Part shown: positions 1 through 9,398 of the stretch, one piece after another
Numbering within the stretch: position 1 is the first letter of the stretch
Layout of the letters: every line of letters starts with the position of its first letter
Source of the DNA: a virus
Taxonomy: Duplodnaviria > Caudoviricetes
DNA length: 64,000 nt
Direction: 5' to 3' (one strand)
Virus record (IMG/VR): IMGVR_UViG_3300044551_000092
Location: 32,001 to 96,000 of that record
Notes under the pieces: model-generated
The model's input: the letters and a program-made list of their open reading frames with translations, nothing else
The model's database searches: none
What the model was told of the DNA's origin: nothing
Position numbers and translations under genes: made by a program

Positions 1-306
1 GCCGTAACATCTTGTTTGCTTGACAGACTTTTGAATCGCCAATTGGGGCCCATTGAATTTTAGGAATAGGTCCACTGTCTTTGACTGTCCCCTTTTGCAG
101 AATAGCAAACCAATAATTCCATCGGCCCCACAATAACTCGTCATACGCAAAAAGGAAGGGTAACAGCCAGCCTTTCTTTTTATATACTTCTTTCGCTGTG
201 CTTGGCAATCCATTAACTATATCAGCGGCTAAACGAAATACGGTTGATTGTAGTTGAATCAGTTGATCCTGTGAAAAACGATTAATCTGATAGTCAAATT
301 TATTTA
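1..306 (-). CDS. hypothetical protein, partial (runs off window start; possible ATA start)
   Basis: Frame is open from ATA at 306 (INKFDYQINRFSQDQLIQ...) to position 1, with SD-like GGGAAGTG upstream; not in the ORF track. Confidence 0.45.
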
Positions 307-593
307 TGTGTTTTCACTTCCCGTCGATAAATCATTACTGGGACAATCCGGTGACCAATACAGGTGAATAGAGGTTCAACTGGAACTGAACTTGTGATAT
401 ATGGGTTTGCTGACCAACCATGATCAATCATTTTGCGGGCATGAGTATGAAAATCATCGTCAGATTCATATTGATATTTTACTTCTTCTAAAAGTCGTTG
501 TGATACTTTTTTCATAAAGTCTTTTCCCCTTTTCACAAGAAAATAGTAAGAGCCAGCCCTAGTAAAACGAGGAACCCAATCCAGAGATTCCAA
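300..593 (-). CDS. hypothetical protein (true start probably MKKVSQ)
   Basis: ORF track; collinear with the leftward operon. Confidence 0.5.
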   Translation of the reverse strand: MESLDWVPRFTRAGSYYFLVKRGKDFMKKVSQRLLEEVKYQYESDDDFHTHARKMIDHGWSANPYITSSVPVEPLFTCIGHRIVPVMIYRREVKTHK

Positions 594-693
594 TACAAAA
601 GTTTACAAAATTCTTCCCATAGCCAAGCGAACCATGAATATCGATGATAAAGTTCAAGTCCAATCCAAATGAGTAACAAACAGATAAAAATTA

Positions 694-1560
694 TTAGGCT
701 GAACACGTTAAATTCAACTCCGTTGCTCTGTTATACAACTTATGGCTAAAGTACGTTGGTCTTGACAACCCCGTCCTGGCATTAAAATTGGTATAGTGTG
801 AAACGATTTGTAAATCAAATAAAATGTTATTAAGATAACCGGTAAGGATTAATGCTGCGAACTCATTCGTTTGCATTCGCTGTGGATGATTGACAATCGT
901 CTGACCGCAAGCCTCTGTTGGCAAACGTGTGTCCTGATCCTTTAAAATATCACCGTAAATAGCGCCGACAGGCGGTAGAAGTTCTGTATCGTGAAATCTA
1001 AAGCCACATACGACCTGCCCGGAATAGCCCATTTCTCTCTGCGTTTTTTTATCTTCTGCTGGATTGATGGCATCAATACCCGCATCAATATATATAATGG
1101 TCGGGATCTTCTGAAAAACTTGATGCATTAACTGGCGTGTCGCATTATTATCAACACATCCAATCAATATGGGTAAATAGGCTGCAGATAAATGATATTG
1201 ATGAAATAGCTTTATTAAATCATCTGGTTTATCTAAATAAGACGAATAAGCAGTAATGGGTAAATTATAATTTGATCCGTAACGGTCGGCTAGAACGGCC
1301 GCTTTAGGTTGATTAAGATCGGCCGGAATAAAAGGCTGACGGCATAAATTCTTCTCTTCAACTTGATCTCCGTCTATTAACATATAAGAAAATGGGTTGC
1401 CTAAATCTGATAGAACGGAAAGCATCTTAGCTAATCGCTGTACAACGTATCCTCCGGTGCCACCGACGCCAACCTGAATTAAATCAAATTCAAAACAGTC
1501 GTAAGAAAAGGATTTATTTTTTTTATACATAGAGTTTAGATTAAAAGTAGGATGATACAT
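694..1560 (-). CDS. ThiF/E1-like adenylating enzyme (PRTRC-system ThiF family)
   Basis: GVGGTGG nucleotide-binding loop, DGDQVEEKNLCRQ, GCVDNNATR, IDAG, candidate catalytic Cys in TEACG. Confidence 0.9.
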   Translation of the reverse strand: MYHPTFNLNSMYKKNKSFSYDCFEFDLIQVGVGGTGGYVVQRLAKMLSVLSDLGNPFSYMLIDGDQVEEKNLCRQPFIPADLNQPKAAVLADRYGSNYNLPITAYSSYLDKPDDLIKLFHQYHLSAAYLPILIGCVDNNATRQLMHQVFQKIPTIIYIDAGIDAINPAEDKKTQREMGYSGQVVCGFRFHDTELLPPVGAIYGDILKDQDTRLPTEACGQTIVNHPQRMQTNEFAALILTGYLNNILFDLQIVSHYTNFNARTGLSRPTYFSHKLYNRATELNLTCSA

Positions 1561-1929
1561 TTATCCTTTCTTGCCTCCACTGACCCGCACATATAGATGC
1601 TTTTTCTCCTCATTCACATCAAAAGATGTACGATCCTTAGATAATTCTGGAAAGTCTTCTTCTAGATATTGACGGATTTCCTCCTGAGTCATCTCTGCAG
1701 GGACTCGCTTCTCATGGCCGGCAAAAAATACTGTATATTCTGTCCCGTATTTTTTCTCGTGGATCTTAGGAGTAGCACTTTCTTTTTTTGCAGATGATTC
1801 TTGTTTAATCGGATTCCCGAATAGATCGCGAGGGGTGTCATCGGCAGTACTATCATCTTTCTTGGGTTCATCAGGCACGGTCTGTTTGATCTCAAAGGTT
1901 TCTTGCTTTTTATCATTTTCTAATTCCAT
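1561..1929 (-). CDS. ubiquitin-like protein (Prok_Ub / PRTRC protein C-like) with acidic disordered N-terminus
   Basis: C-terminal 60-aa domain MTQEEIRQYLEEDFPEL...VSGGKKG ending in Gly; lies between the E2 and E1 genes. Confidence 0.7.
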   Translation of the reverse strand: MELENDKKQETFEIKQTVPDEPKKDDSTADDTPRDLFGNPIKQESSAKKESATPKIHEKKYGTEYTVFFAGHEKRVPAEMTQEEIRQYLEEDFPELSKDRTSFDVNEEKKHLYVRVSGGKKG

Positions 1930-1950
1930 TTGTGAAAACCTCCATTAAAT

Positions 1951-2652
1951 TTAATCATTTATAAAATCATCTGACCATTTCTGAAACGTAAGTTGATCGT
2001 GATTATCGGACATTGGGACAAAGAATTTTTTTGGAAAGGTATTTTTACCCTGAAGCTGTTCAAAGACCTGCCTTAAAGGCCAATCAGTGTTATTTGTTTG
2101 ACCCGCCGTATAAAGATGATCCCCGTTATCCGTATGAATCCAAGCATCGGGGAAACTTTCCAAAGCGACTAAGTCTGGGTAGCTTTCATTACTATAATAA
2201 CAAAGCTTACCGTCCATATAGACATTGCTATATGGGAACCGATAAAGTGGCGTATTCCTTCGCAATACAGGTTTTTGATAGACAGCTACACTGATATTAG
2301 TAAGATACAAATTTTTAGAAACTTTGAAACCGAACACAAGCTTTGGATAAGGAATTTGTGGAAATAACTGATTATGATAAGTAATATCAAAAGCCCCGCC
2401 CTTAAATGTCATAAAGACCACATGACTCTGATCGGATCGCTTTGCGTAACGGACCGTATTTGGTGGCAGCGCCGGCGTATCTAAGACAACGACTGGGCGA
2501 ACTATATCATTGTCTTTGACTTGTTCCACTGCCGATTGGATATAAGTCAGCAAAGTATCGTGATACACCTGAAATTGTTGCGTGGCCCCCTGATTTTCAA
2601 GCGTAATTTTTGGAAGATCCTGATCGTTCAATTCGATAGTGACTCGTGACAA
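1951..2652 (-). CDS. prokaryotic E2 family D protein (PRTRC protein B-like)
   Basis: TPALPPNTV, IPYPKLVF, TPLYRFPYSNVYMDGKLC motif; SD GGAGG before TTG at 2652. Confidence 0.75.
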   Translation of the reverse strand: MSRVTIELNDQDLPKITLENQGATQQFQVYHDTLLTYIQSAVEQVKDNDIVRPVVVLDTPALPPNTVRYAKRSDQSHVVFMTFKGGAFDITYHNQLFPQIPYPKLVFGFKVSKNLYLTNISVAVYQKPVLRRNTPLYRFPYSNVYMDGKLCYYSNESYPDLVALESFPDAWIHTDNGDHLYTAGQTNNTDWPLRQVFEQLQGKNTFPKKFFVPMSDNHDQLTFQKWSDDFIND

Positions 2653-3248
2653 GAAAGTTGCCCTCCTTCCCTTAAGGGGTAACAATGAAACACTTCATGG
2701 TATAATTCAACAATGTCATGAAAAGCACGATAGAAATTAATCAATTTATCCGAATAACGCAAAGGACATGTTTCAGCAAGTATAAGCGTATGCCAAGTAT
2801 TCAGTGAGCTTTTCCAAATAAAATGATTATTAAATGCGCTAGATGAATACATGTCGCCACCATCACTATCGTCATAACACTGTTCTAAATAAACATAGTC
2901 CTTTTTAAAACGTGTCAAATAAGCGTTAGGAAATAGCAGTAATCGTTGAACAAGACGATCAAAAAAGGGAAATTGAAAGATTTCAATACAAGTAATCTCC
3001 TCATCTAACCATTCATATTTAACCTTCTCAAAGTCGATTAATTGAACATCGTAAGGCCAAATGACTTTTTTAATATCCTTATCAAAATCACAACAGGCCT
3101 CATAAAGGTTATCCTCAGTATCAAATAAAATCTCTTGTCTATCTGGTGTATCTGAGAAGTGCATAAGCATGAATTTATACATGATCATCCGATCAATAAT
3201 AGATGCAAAGGCAAATTGTTCATCTTCAGAGAAGTAGCTGATACTCAT
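2628..3248 (-). CDS. hypothetical protein in the ubiquitin-like module operon
   Basis: ORF overlaps both neighbours (translational coupling). Confidence 0.7.
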   Translation of the reverse strand: MSISYFSEDEQFAFASIIDRMIMYKFMLMHFSDTPDRQEILFDTEDNLYEACCDFDKDIKKVIWPYDVQLIDFEKVKYEWLDEEITCIEIFQFPFFDRLVQRLLLFPNAYLTRFKKDYVYLEQCYDDSDGGDMYSSSAFNNHFIWKSSLNTWHTLILAETCPLRYSDKLINFYRAFHDIVELYHEVFHCYPLREGGQLSCHESLSN

Positions 3249-3580
3249 ATGAATTCCGCCTTTTTAACGCGTGGCAGTTGAGCGATTCCTGTCATTAAAT
3301 CTTGAGCACGAATTAACTCATAACAGGGGTTGCCCCTGAAGCCAGACAGATCATTATTTTCAACATAGTAATCAGTAATGACACCATCACGTAAGGCATC
3401 CATAGACCATTCAAGCTGTTCCAATGAAAACTGTTTCATATCTTTTTTGGTCGCATAATCATGCGAAAAAATATATTTAAAAACATCGAAACAATCCCGG
3501 CAATATTTTACCTCCTGTTCGGGCAATGGTCGCATCATTTGTAGATTTTCGATAATCAAATTAAATTTTTTCTGATTCAT
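3245..3580 (-). CDS. hypothetical protein
   Basis: ORF with ATGA overlaps and SD GGAGG. Confidence 0.7.
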   Translation of the reverse strand: MNQKKFNLIIENLQMMRPLPEQEVKYCRDCFDVFKYIFSHDYATKKDMKQFSLEQLEWSMDALRDGVITDYYVENNDLSGFRGNPCYELIRAQDLMTGIAQLPRVKKAEFI

Positions 3581-4047
3581 GAGGACTTCCCTCCTCCCTC
3601 TATGAATTGAATCAGTGGATCATTAAGACCTCGACAATGGGCTTCTCGAACAAGGAGCATAATGATCAAATATTCTCGCCATAATAAATTGTAATGATGG
3701 TAAAATTTCTGCTCACGTTTAAATTGTTTAGTTTTTGAATACGATTTTTTTGATTGAGATGCAGACTTATGGCTAAATAGATTATAAGGCCCATGTAAAA
3801 GTAAATGGTCGAACTCTGAAATTAATTCTTTTAATATAACAAAGCGTCTTTTTAATTCTGGTTTACGGGCAATCAAATTTAAAATAGCCAATAGATGATC
3901 GTCCGACAAATCATAAGGGTAGACCATCTGAAAGTCTTTCGTGATCCAAAAGTAATTCTTATAACGATTTTCAAATTTTAGATTTTCCGGCCACGGTATC
4001 GCTTTTTTTTGAAAGGTATGGACTAAATATACATGAATTAACTCCAA
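3577..4047 (-). CDS. hypothetical protein (MELIxxY N-terminus)
   Basis: ORF with SD GGAGG. Confidence 0.65.
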   Translation of the reverse strand: MELIHVYLVHTFQKKAIPWPENLKFENRYKNYFWITKDFQMVYPYDLSDDHLLAILNLIARKPELKRRFVILKELISEFDHLLLHGPYNLFSHKSASQSKKSYSKTKQFKREQKFYHHYNLLWREYLIIMLLVREAHCRGLNDPLIQFIEGGGKSS

Positions 4048-4082
4048 TTCAAAAAAGCCACCTCCATTTCAAATGAATAATT

Positions 4083-4625
4083 TTATGCTTGACAGTAAAG
4101 GTTCTGAGTACAAAGCGCGGTCATAAAATCATGTATGTTCGCTTGTTGCTCATTTTCTTCTGATTTTATAACCAGATCCCCTATTTTTACGGCATAACCA
4201 GCAGCATACTCCACAAGAAATCGAGTTAAGTCGCACTTTTCCCATTTAAGAGAATTATATACTTGAGATTTTTTAAACGTCGATTCAAAAATAGAACCCG
4301 TAATATGATACTTATCGCACTCGATAACCGGCGTAACAGCTAATGTATTGCCTTTGTCAATGGTAATTAACGATCCATCTTCTTTCTTTGTAAACTGCAA
4401 ACCCGAATGAAGAGCAGTGGCAATATCGCCCACTTTCATACGTTTAACGATAGATTTAAAATCGAACACTTCGATAGCTTGAATATCGTCATCTGTGAGA
4501 TCTTCAACTTTAAAATCGTCTTCCTCACCAATGTGTTGGGTTTGAAAAATTCTAATTCTGTCTTCTGGAATTCCAAACTTTTTTGACAACATTTTAGATA
4601 ACTTTTTGAGTTCTTCATCGGGCAT
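4083..4625 (-). CDS. hypothetical protein
   Basis: ORF with SD GAGGTG. Confidence 0.7.
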   Translation of the reverse strand: MPDEELKKLSKMLSKKFGIPEDRIRIFQTQHIGEEDDFKVEDLTDDDIQAIEVFDFKSIVKRMKVGDIATALHSGLQFTKKEDGSLITIDKGNTLAVTPVIECDKYHITGSIFESTFKKSQVYNSLKWEKCDLTRFLVEYAAGYAVKIGDLVIKSEENEQQANIHDFMTALCTQNLYCQA

Positions 4626-4636
4626 AAATCTTCACC

Positions 4637-4996
4637 TCAATCTTTATATTTGGGTACACGTTTTATTAATTCATACTCAGAAGTCAGTTTTCCCATCTGA
4701 AAATATAAGTCAAATAATTCCTTTGAACTTGGATTAGCTTTTTTAAGTCTTTTTATCTTAATATCAATGGCGTGCATTTTTTTCTTAAGATAGTCTGCTT
4801 GACTAAGTGCCGCCCCACCCTGTTTATGACGATATAAATGATTTTCTTCTTTTTCATATTTTAAAACAATATCAATAATTCGAGAAAACGAAGGTCCGCT
4901 TTGTCTAATTGAATGGGATATTTTATTTAGATAAGATTGGTATTTTTTTCGCCGATCGATCTCTGACCGTAGATAGTCGTGACACATGATGTTCAT
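4637..4996 (-). CDS. hypothetical basic helical protein
   Basis: ORF in operon. Confidence 0.6.
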   Translation of the reverse strand: MNIMCHDYLRSEIDRRKKYQSYLNKISHSIRQSGPSFSRIIDIVLKYEKEENHLYRHKQGGAALSQADYLKKKMHAIDIKIKRLKKANPSSKELFDLYFQMGKLTSEYELIKRVPKYKD

Positions 4997-5534
4997 CCTT
5001 TTTCTGTAAACGATATTGATAATTTATTCCCACTTCACTAGTAATAAAATTCTCTCGTAGAACTTCATACCATTTTTGATCAGCGTAGTAGCCATTTTGC
5101 AATAAGGACTGATCGTGAAGAATACCCACGATATTTCCACCTATGCGATGGATCCAACGGTCATACATTTTTTCTGCCGGATTACCGATATTAACTTCAA
5201 AATTAAGTTTATGGAATCGATATTTAAAAAATATATCAAGGATTGCTTGACGGAGATCCCGACCGAAAATTAATGATAATTTATCCTTTTTAAAGTTAAT
5301 TATCTGCAGATCATCAGCAATAAGTTTTTCACGATCAATCCTATAAAAAATCATACCAATAACGTGATTCTGTGAATTTACACTGACTAAATGCATATTG
5401 TTCCAAGTGGAATCAGCTATTTCTAATTTATCACGCCAAGAATAGTTAAAGGCATATTGATAGTCGAGATTATTTAAAATACTGAGATAAAGCTTATTGA
5501 GCTCAACCTCATATAGCTTTGCCGGCATAAGCAT
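4923..5534 (-). CDS. GNAT (RimJ/RimL-like) N-acetyltransferase-fold protein
   Basis: VIGMIFY; FHKLNFEVNIGNPAEKMY...GGNIVG...DQKWYEVLR resembles a RimJ-type C-terminus; SD GGAGG before ATG 5534. Confidence 0.65.
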   Translation of the reverse strand: MLMPAKLYEVELNKLYLSILNNLDYQYAFNYSWRDKLEIADSTWNNMHLVSVNSQNHVIGMIFYRIDREKLIADDLQIINFKKDKLSLIFGRDLRQAILDIFFKYRFHKLNFEVNIGNPAEKMYDRWIHRIGGNIVGILHDQSLLQNGYYADQKWYEVLRENFITSEVGINYQYRLQKKDEHHVSRLSTVRDRSAKKIPILSK

Positions 5535-5745
5535 AACGATGAGACCTCCAATTAAAAAAATCTTGATCAGGTGAAAACTCATGCAGTTCTTCGTGCGGTG
5601 TGACTTTCTTACAGACATGGCACCACATATGTTTAATATGATGATCTGGTTTTAAACGTGATTTCCTTCTAAAAATTGAAATCTGTGTTCCACAATACTG
5701 GCAAGTTAGAAACACCTGTTTTGTCTTGATCTTGCTGTTTATCAC
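5509..5745 (-). CDS. zinc-ribbon protein resembling ribosomal protein bL33
   Basis: LTCQYCG...WCHVCKKVTPHEE matches the bL33 pattern LxCxxC...CxxCxxxTxHxE. Confidence 0.6.
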   Translation of the reverse strand: MINSKIKTKQVFLTCQYCGTQISIFRRKSRLKPDHHIKHMWCHVCKKVTPHEELHEFSPDQDFFNWRSHRYAYAGKAI

Positions 5746-5801
5746 AATAGAATCATCTTCTTTCCATAATTCGCAAAAATCCCCTTCTTTTCTACAAATT
5801 T

Positions 5802-5830
5802 ATTATGAATGATGATACACATCGTTTCAA
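5802..5830 (-). promoter_or_regulatory. sigmaA-like promoter
   Basis: TTGAAA-17 nt-CATAAT on the minus strand, upstream of 5745. Confidence 0.5.
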
Positions 5831-5846
5831 CTATTAGAAAAGAATA

Positions 5847-7049
5847 TCATATTTCTGCTTTAAAGTTGTAGACTGGTTTAATAATTCGATCAATCTTCAC
5901 CGTATTACCGATCAGATCAATAATTTCTTGTGACGGCTTATATGCGAATGGGGCCTCGTCGATTGTTTGCATAGATATAGAAGTTGAATAAATTCCTCGC
6001 ATAGAAGATTTAAACTCATCTAATGACAATGTATTTTTTGCTTGGTGGCGAGACATTCTTCTTCCAGCACCATGTGGTGCAGAACAATTCCAGTCTGTGT
6101 TCCCTTTTCCCTTCGCGATAATTGAACCATCACGCATGTTTAATGGAATAATCAAACGTTGCCCATTATATGCTGCTGTAGCTCCCTTTCGAACGATCAT
6201 AGCGTCTAAGTCAATATAATTGTGAACGGAATCAAAACGATCAGTCTCGTGCCACCCCATTTGCTTAAGAATAACATCGGCCATTGTTTTACGGTTCAAA
6301 TAAGCAAATTGCTGAGCTATTTTCATATCATGTAAATAGTCGCGCATAGAAGTGCTAGATACATAACACAATTCTTTTTTGGGCTTGATATGCGATTTCT
6401 TAAACTCTAAAATACGGCTTTCGATGTCCTGATCCTGATTGTTTTTTTTTAGAAAGTAAATCAATGAGTTAATTTGTTTTTGATTGCGTTGACATTCGTC
6501 AATAGCTAATTTTTGATAATATTTAGCTACCTGAACACCTAAATTACGAGAACCGGAATGAATGACTAAATAATAATTCCCTTGCTCAGAGCGATCTACT
6601 TCAATAAAATGATTGCCTCCACCAAGAGTTCCAAGACTTAAACGAATTCGATGCCAATTAATTTGATTCATAGCATCAAAAATATTTAAATCAAACAATG
6701 GTACTTTTTGAATATTTTCATGTTCAGTAGAACGTACGTTAAAACCAGAAGGAATATATTGATGAACAACATAATCAAGTTTTTGATAATCAATAAAGTG
6801 TTCTGCGAGTTTTACACAACGCATTCCGCACCCCACATCAACACCGACTAGATTTGGGACAATTTTGTCTTTAATTGTTGCTGTAAAGCCAATCACACAT
6901 CCGGCTCCACTATGACAATCCGGCATAATGCGAATCTTGCTGTCTTTCAAAAAATCTTGATCACTAACCTCCTTAACTTGCTGCCACGCTGATTCTTCAA
7001 TATCGTTAGTAAATACTTTCGTATTTTTGTATATTTTCATTTGTACCAA
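5847..7049 (-). CDS. rtcB: RtcB RNA ligase
   Basis: MPDCHSG, VGVDVGCG, GTLGGGNHFIE, HSGSR, HN, RKGA, SAPHGAGR, DEAPFAYK. Confidence 0.97.
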   Translation of the reverse strand: MVQMKIYKNTKVFTNDIEESAWQQVKEVSDQDFLKDSKIRIMPDCHSGAGCVIGFTATIKDKIVPNLVGVDVGCGMRCVKLAEHFIDYQKLDYVVHQYIPSGFNVRSTEHENIQKVPLFDLNIFDAMNQINWHRIRLSLGTLGGGNHFIEVDRSEQGNYYLVIHSGSRNLGVQVAKYYQKLAIDECQRNQKQINSLIYFLKKNNQDQDIESRILEFKKSHIKPKKELCYVSSTSMRDYLHDMKIAQQFAYLNRKTMADVILKQMGWHETDRFDSVHNYIDLDAMIVRKGATAAYNGQRLIIPLNMRDGSIIAKGKGNTDWNCSAPHGAGRRMSRHQAKNTLSLDEFKSSMRGIYSTSISMQTIDEAPFAYKPSQEIIDLIGNTVKIDRIIKPVYNFKAEI

Positions 7050-7081
7050 TCCTTCATTTTAGAAATCTTAATGGTGATCTT

Positions 7082-7447
7082 TTAATTTTCAAAATTGATA
7101 TTTTCTAGGTCAGATATAGATTTTAGTTCTGTGACTGTATATTCGGTATCCCACTCTTCAGGACTGTCCCAATAAGCCGGTATTCGGACAAAATCAGCTT
7201 CTACGATAGCGAAAAACCAATAATCATAATTATTTTCAAGTGTAAGTTTATTTTCATCAAATTGATCTATAATTTCATATTCGAGATCATCAAAGATGTC
7301 GGTCCCCTTCTTATCGTTATCGATGCGTCGTACAATCTCTAGTCCTGTTGAATTTTCTTTTGGGTCATCTGATTTTCGATAAAAATGTCCACAGATAAAG
7401 GCTTTTATACTCATTTCACTGTTCACTTCTTTACTTTTAAATTTCAA
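7082..7447 (-). CDS. hypothetical acidic protein
   Basis: ORF in operon. Confidence 0.6.
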   Translation of the reverse strand: MKFKSKEVNSEMSIKAFICGHFYRKSDDPKENSTGLEIVRRIDNDKKGTDIFDDLEYEIIDQFDENKLTLENNYDYWFFAIVEADFVRIPAYWDSPEEWDTEYTVTELKSISDLENINFEN

Positions 7448-7457
7448 ATTAAAATAA

Positions 7458-9242
7458 TTATTTTCCTTCGATAATTGTCTTGGCTAATTCTGATTTTTTA
7501 GCCAAGATCTCAAGCATATGTTGGTCGTAACTATTAGCCATGATGAAATATTGAATCTCAATATTTGGATTCGGGTTGCCGGTCCGATCAATCCGACCGT
7601 TCCGCTGCTCAATATCTTGAGGAGACCAAGGCAAGTCTATATGAATCAGATATTTAGCGGCCTGTAAATTAGCTCCAGCAGATAGTGCATCGCTTGTTAC
7701 TAGAATTTTACTGGCTGGGTTAGTCATAAAACTCTCTTTGATATAATCCTTTTGGATTGCCGGCAGCTTTCCATGAAATAATAAGGAGCCCGGTAAATAA
7801 CTGCTGACTAGTTCAGCCATTCTAGCAAAGCGTGTAAACATAACCACTTTCGCTTTTGGCTCATCGAATTCGAGTTGGTTAATAAGATCAATAATATAAT
7901 CAATTTTAGGAGACTGTAGACGCTCTTTAGGCTTAATACCACACTCGTTTAAAATATGAGTGCTTAAATTGGTTTTGGACATACGCAATAACTGAGGAGA
8001 ATCACAGTTAGCCAACATAAACTGATGATAACCTTGAATCATCTGATCGTAATATTCTTTTAATTGGTCAGGTCCAAGCAGTTTACCATTAATTACGCGT
8101 CCATTTAATGGTATATGTCGAGCATGATCTTTGAGGTCTTCAATTAAATCCTTTAGATAAGATTCAATTTTTGATTGTGTTGAAGTCATCTCGAAAAATT
8201 TACTGTTATGTTTAACTTTAGGTAGCTGTTGTTGGATTTCTGGCATGTCTTTGGTCCGGCGAATAAAGTAAGGTGCAATTCGATAATATAATTCTCCTTC
8301 ATTTTTATAGCCGGTGATGCCAAAACGAGAACTATATTGACAATACTGTTCTCGAAAATATGGCCAGGAGCCAAGTACTTGATCGTTTAGGAAATAAAAC
8401 AAGCTCCAAACTTCCTCTGCCTTTCCCTGTATGGGAGTAGCAGTTGCTAGAAATCGATAAGGAATATTTTTTAATCTAAAGCATCCTAAAGCATTCTGTG
8501 AAGGAGTCATTTCTAACACTTGATCAGTAACCCCTGTTTTAATTTTCTGTGCTTCATCTAAAATAATTGCGTCAAACTTTAGATTTAAAATCTTTTCTAA
8601 AAATGCTTGTTGCCGAAGCATTTCATAATTAATGACAAGCACGTCCATATGCTTGCTTCGTAAACTGCTTCTTTTATAAGCACTAATTACTTTCATTCGA
8701 TTAGATTTAGTACCAACAGCTGCAAACCCCATGAAGCCAAGAAACTTATTAACTTCTTTGGCCCACTGGGTTTTTATGCTGCTCAACGTAACTACAAGCA
8801 CCCGTTTTACTTTATTTTGTTGCCATAATAAATAACAGGCTGCTAATGTGCTTGGCGTCTTCCCTAACCCCACACCATCAAAATCTGCGGCTTGACATCT
8901 CTGAGCCATAAAATGAGCAGCCACAGCTTGATAAGGATAGGGTTTACATCGCCAAGTTTTAAAAGGCCCCTGATTTTCTAATTCTAAATGCTTTTGTATT
9001 AATTCATTATCTATTTTTAAATTTTTCACAATTTGTCTGAGTGGTTGAACCCAGACAATTTGATTGTCAAATATTTTTAATAGAGATGATAGTCTTTCTT
9101 TTGGAAACATCCATTCGCCTGTGTCTGTTTTATAAACACACTGTGGAATTTGCTTCACACGCTCGAGCGTTAAATTAAATGTTTTTCCAAGATCAAGTAT
9201 GCGAACATAGATATTCCCATACTGTTCACGAACCTGAATCAT
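7458..9242 (-). CDS. SNF2-family DNA helicase/translocase
   Basis: DGVGLGKT (motif I), DEAQ (II), TATP (III), GANLQ (V), QRNGRIDR (VI). Confidence 0.93.
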   Translation of the reverse strand: MIQVREQYGNIYVRILDLGKTFNLTLERVKQIPQCVYKTDTGEWMFPKERLSSLLKIFDNQIVWVQPLRQIVKNLKIDNELIQKHLELENQGPFKTWRCKPYPYQAVAAHFMAQRCQAADFDGVGLGKTPSTLAACYLLWQQNKVKRVLVVTLSSIKTQWAKEVNKFLGFMGFAAVGTKSNRMKVISAYKRSSLRSKHMDVLVINYEMLRQQAFLEKILNLKFDAIILDEAQKIKTGVTDQVLEMTPSQNALGCFRLKNIPYRFLATATPIQGKAEEVWSLFYFLNDQVLGSWPYFREQYCQYSSRFGITGYKNEGELYYRIAPYFIRRTKDMPEIQQQLPKVKHNSKFFEMTSTQSKIESYLKDLIEDLKDHARHIPLNGRVINGKLLGPDQLKEYYDQMIQGYHQFMLANCDSPQLLRMSKTNLSTHILNECGIKPKERLQSPKIDYIIDLINQLEFDEPKAKVVMFTRFARMAELVSSYLPGSLLFHGKLPAIQKDYIKESFMTNPASKILVTSDALSAGANLQAAKYLIHIDLPWSPQDIEQRNGRIDRTGNPNPNIEIQYFIMANSYDQHMLEILAKKSELAKTIIEGK

Positions 9243-9398
9243 TCTGTTTCACCGCCATTCCATTACTATTTTATCATAATACACCTGAAACTATAACTTA
9301 ACAAAGTGATAATTGCTTTTTCTACTAATTTTTAAGAGTTAAAACTATTTCGGGAATCGAACCCGAACAAAGCCAGACCACTGGAACAGTCTAAAAAG

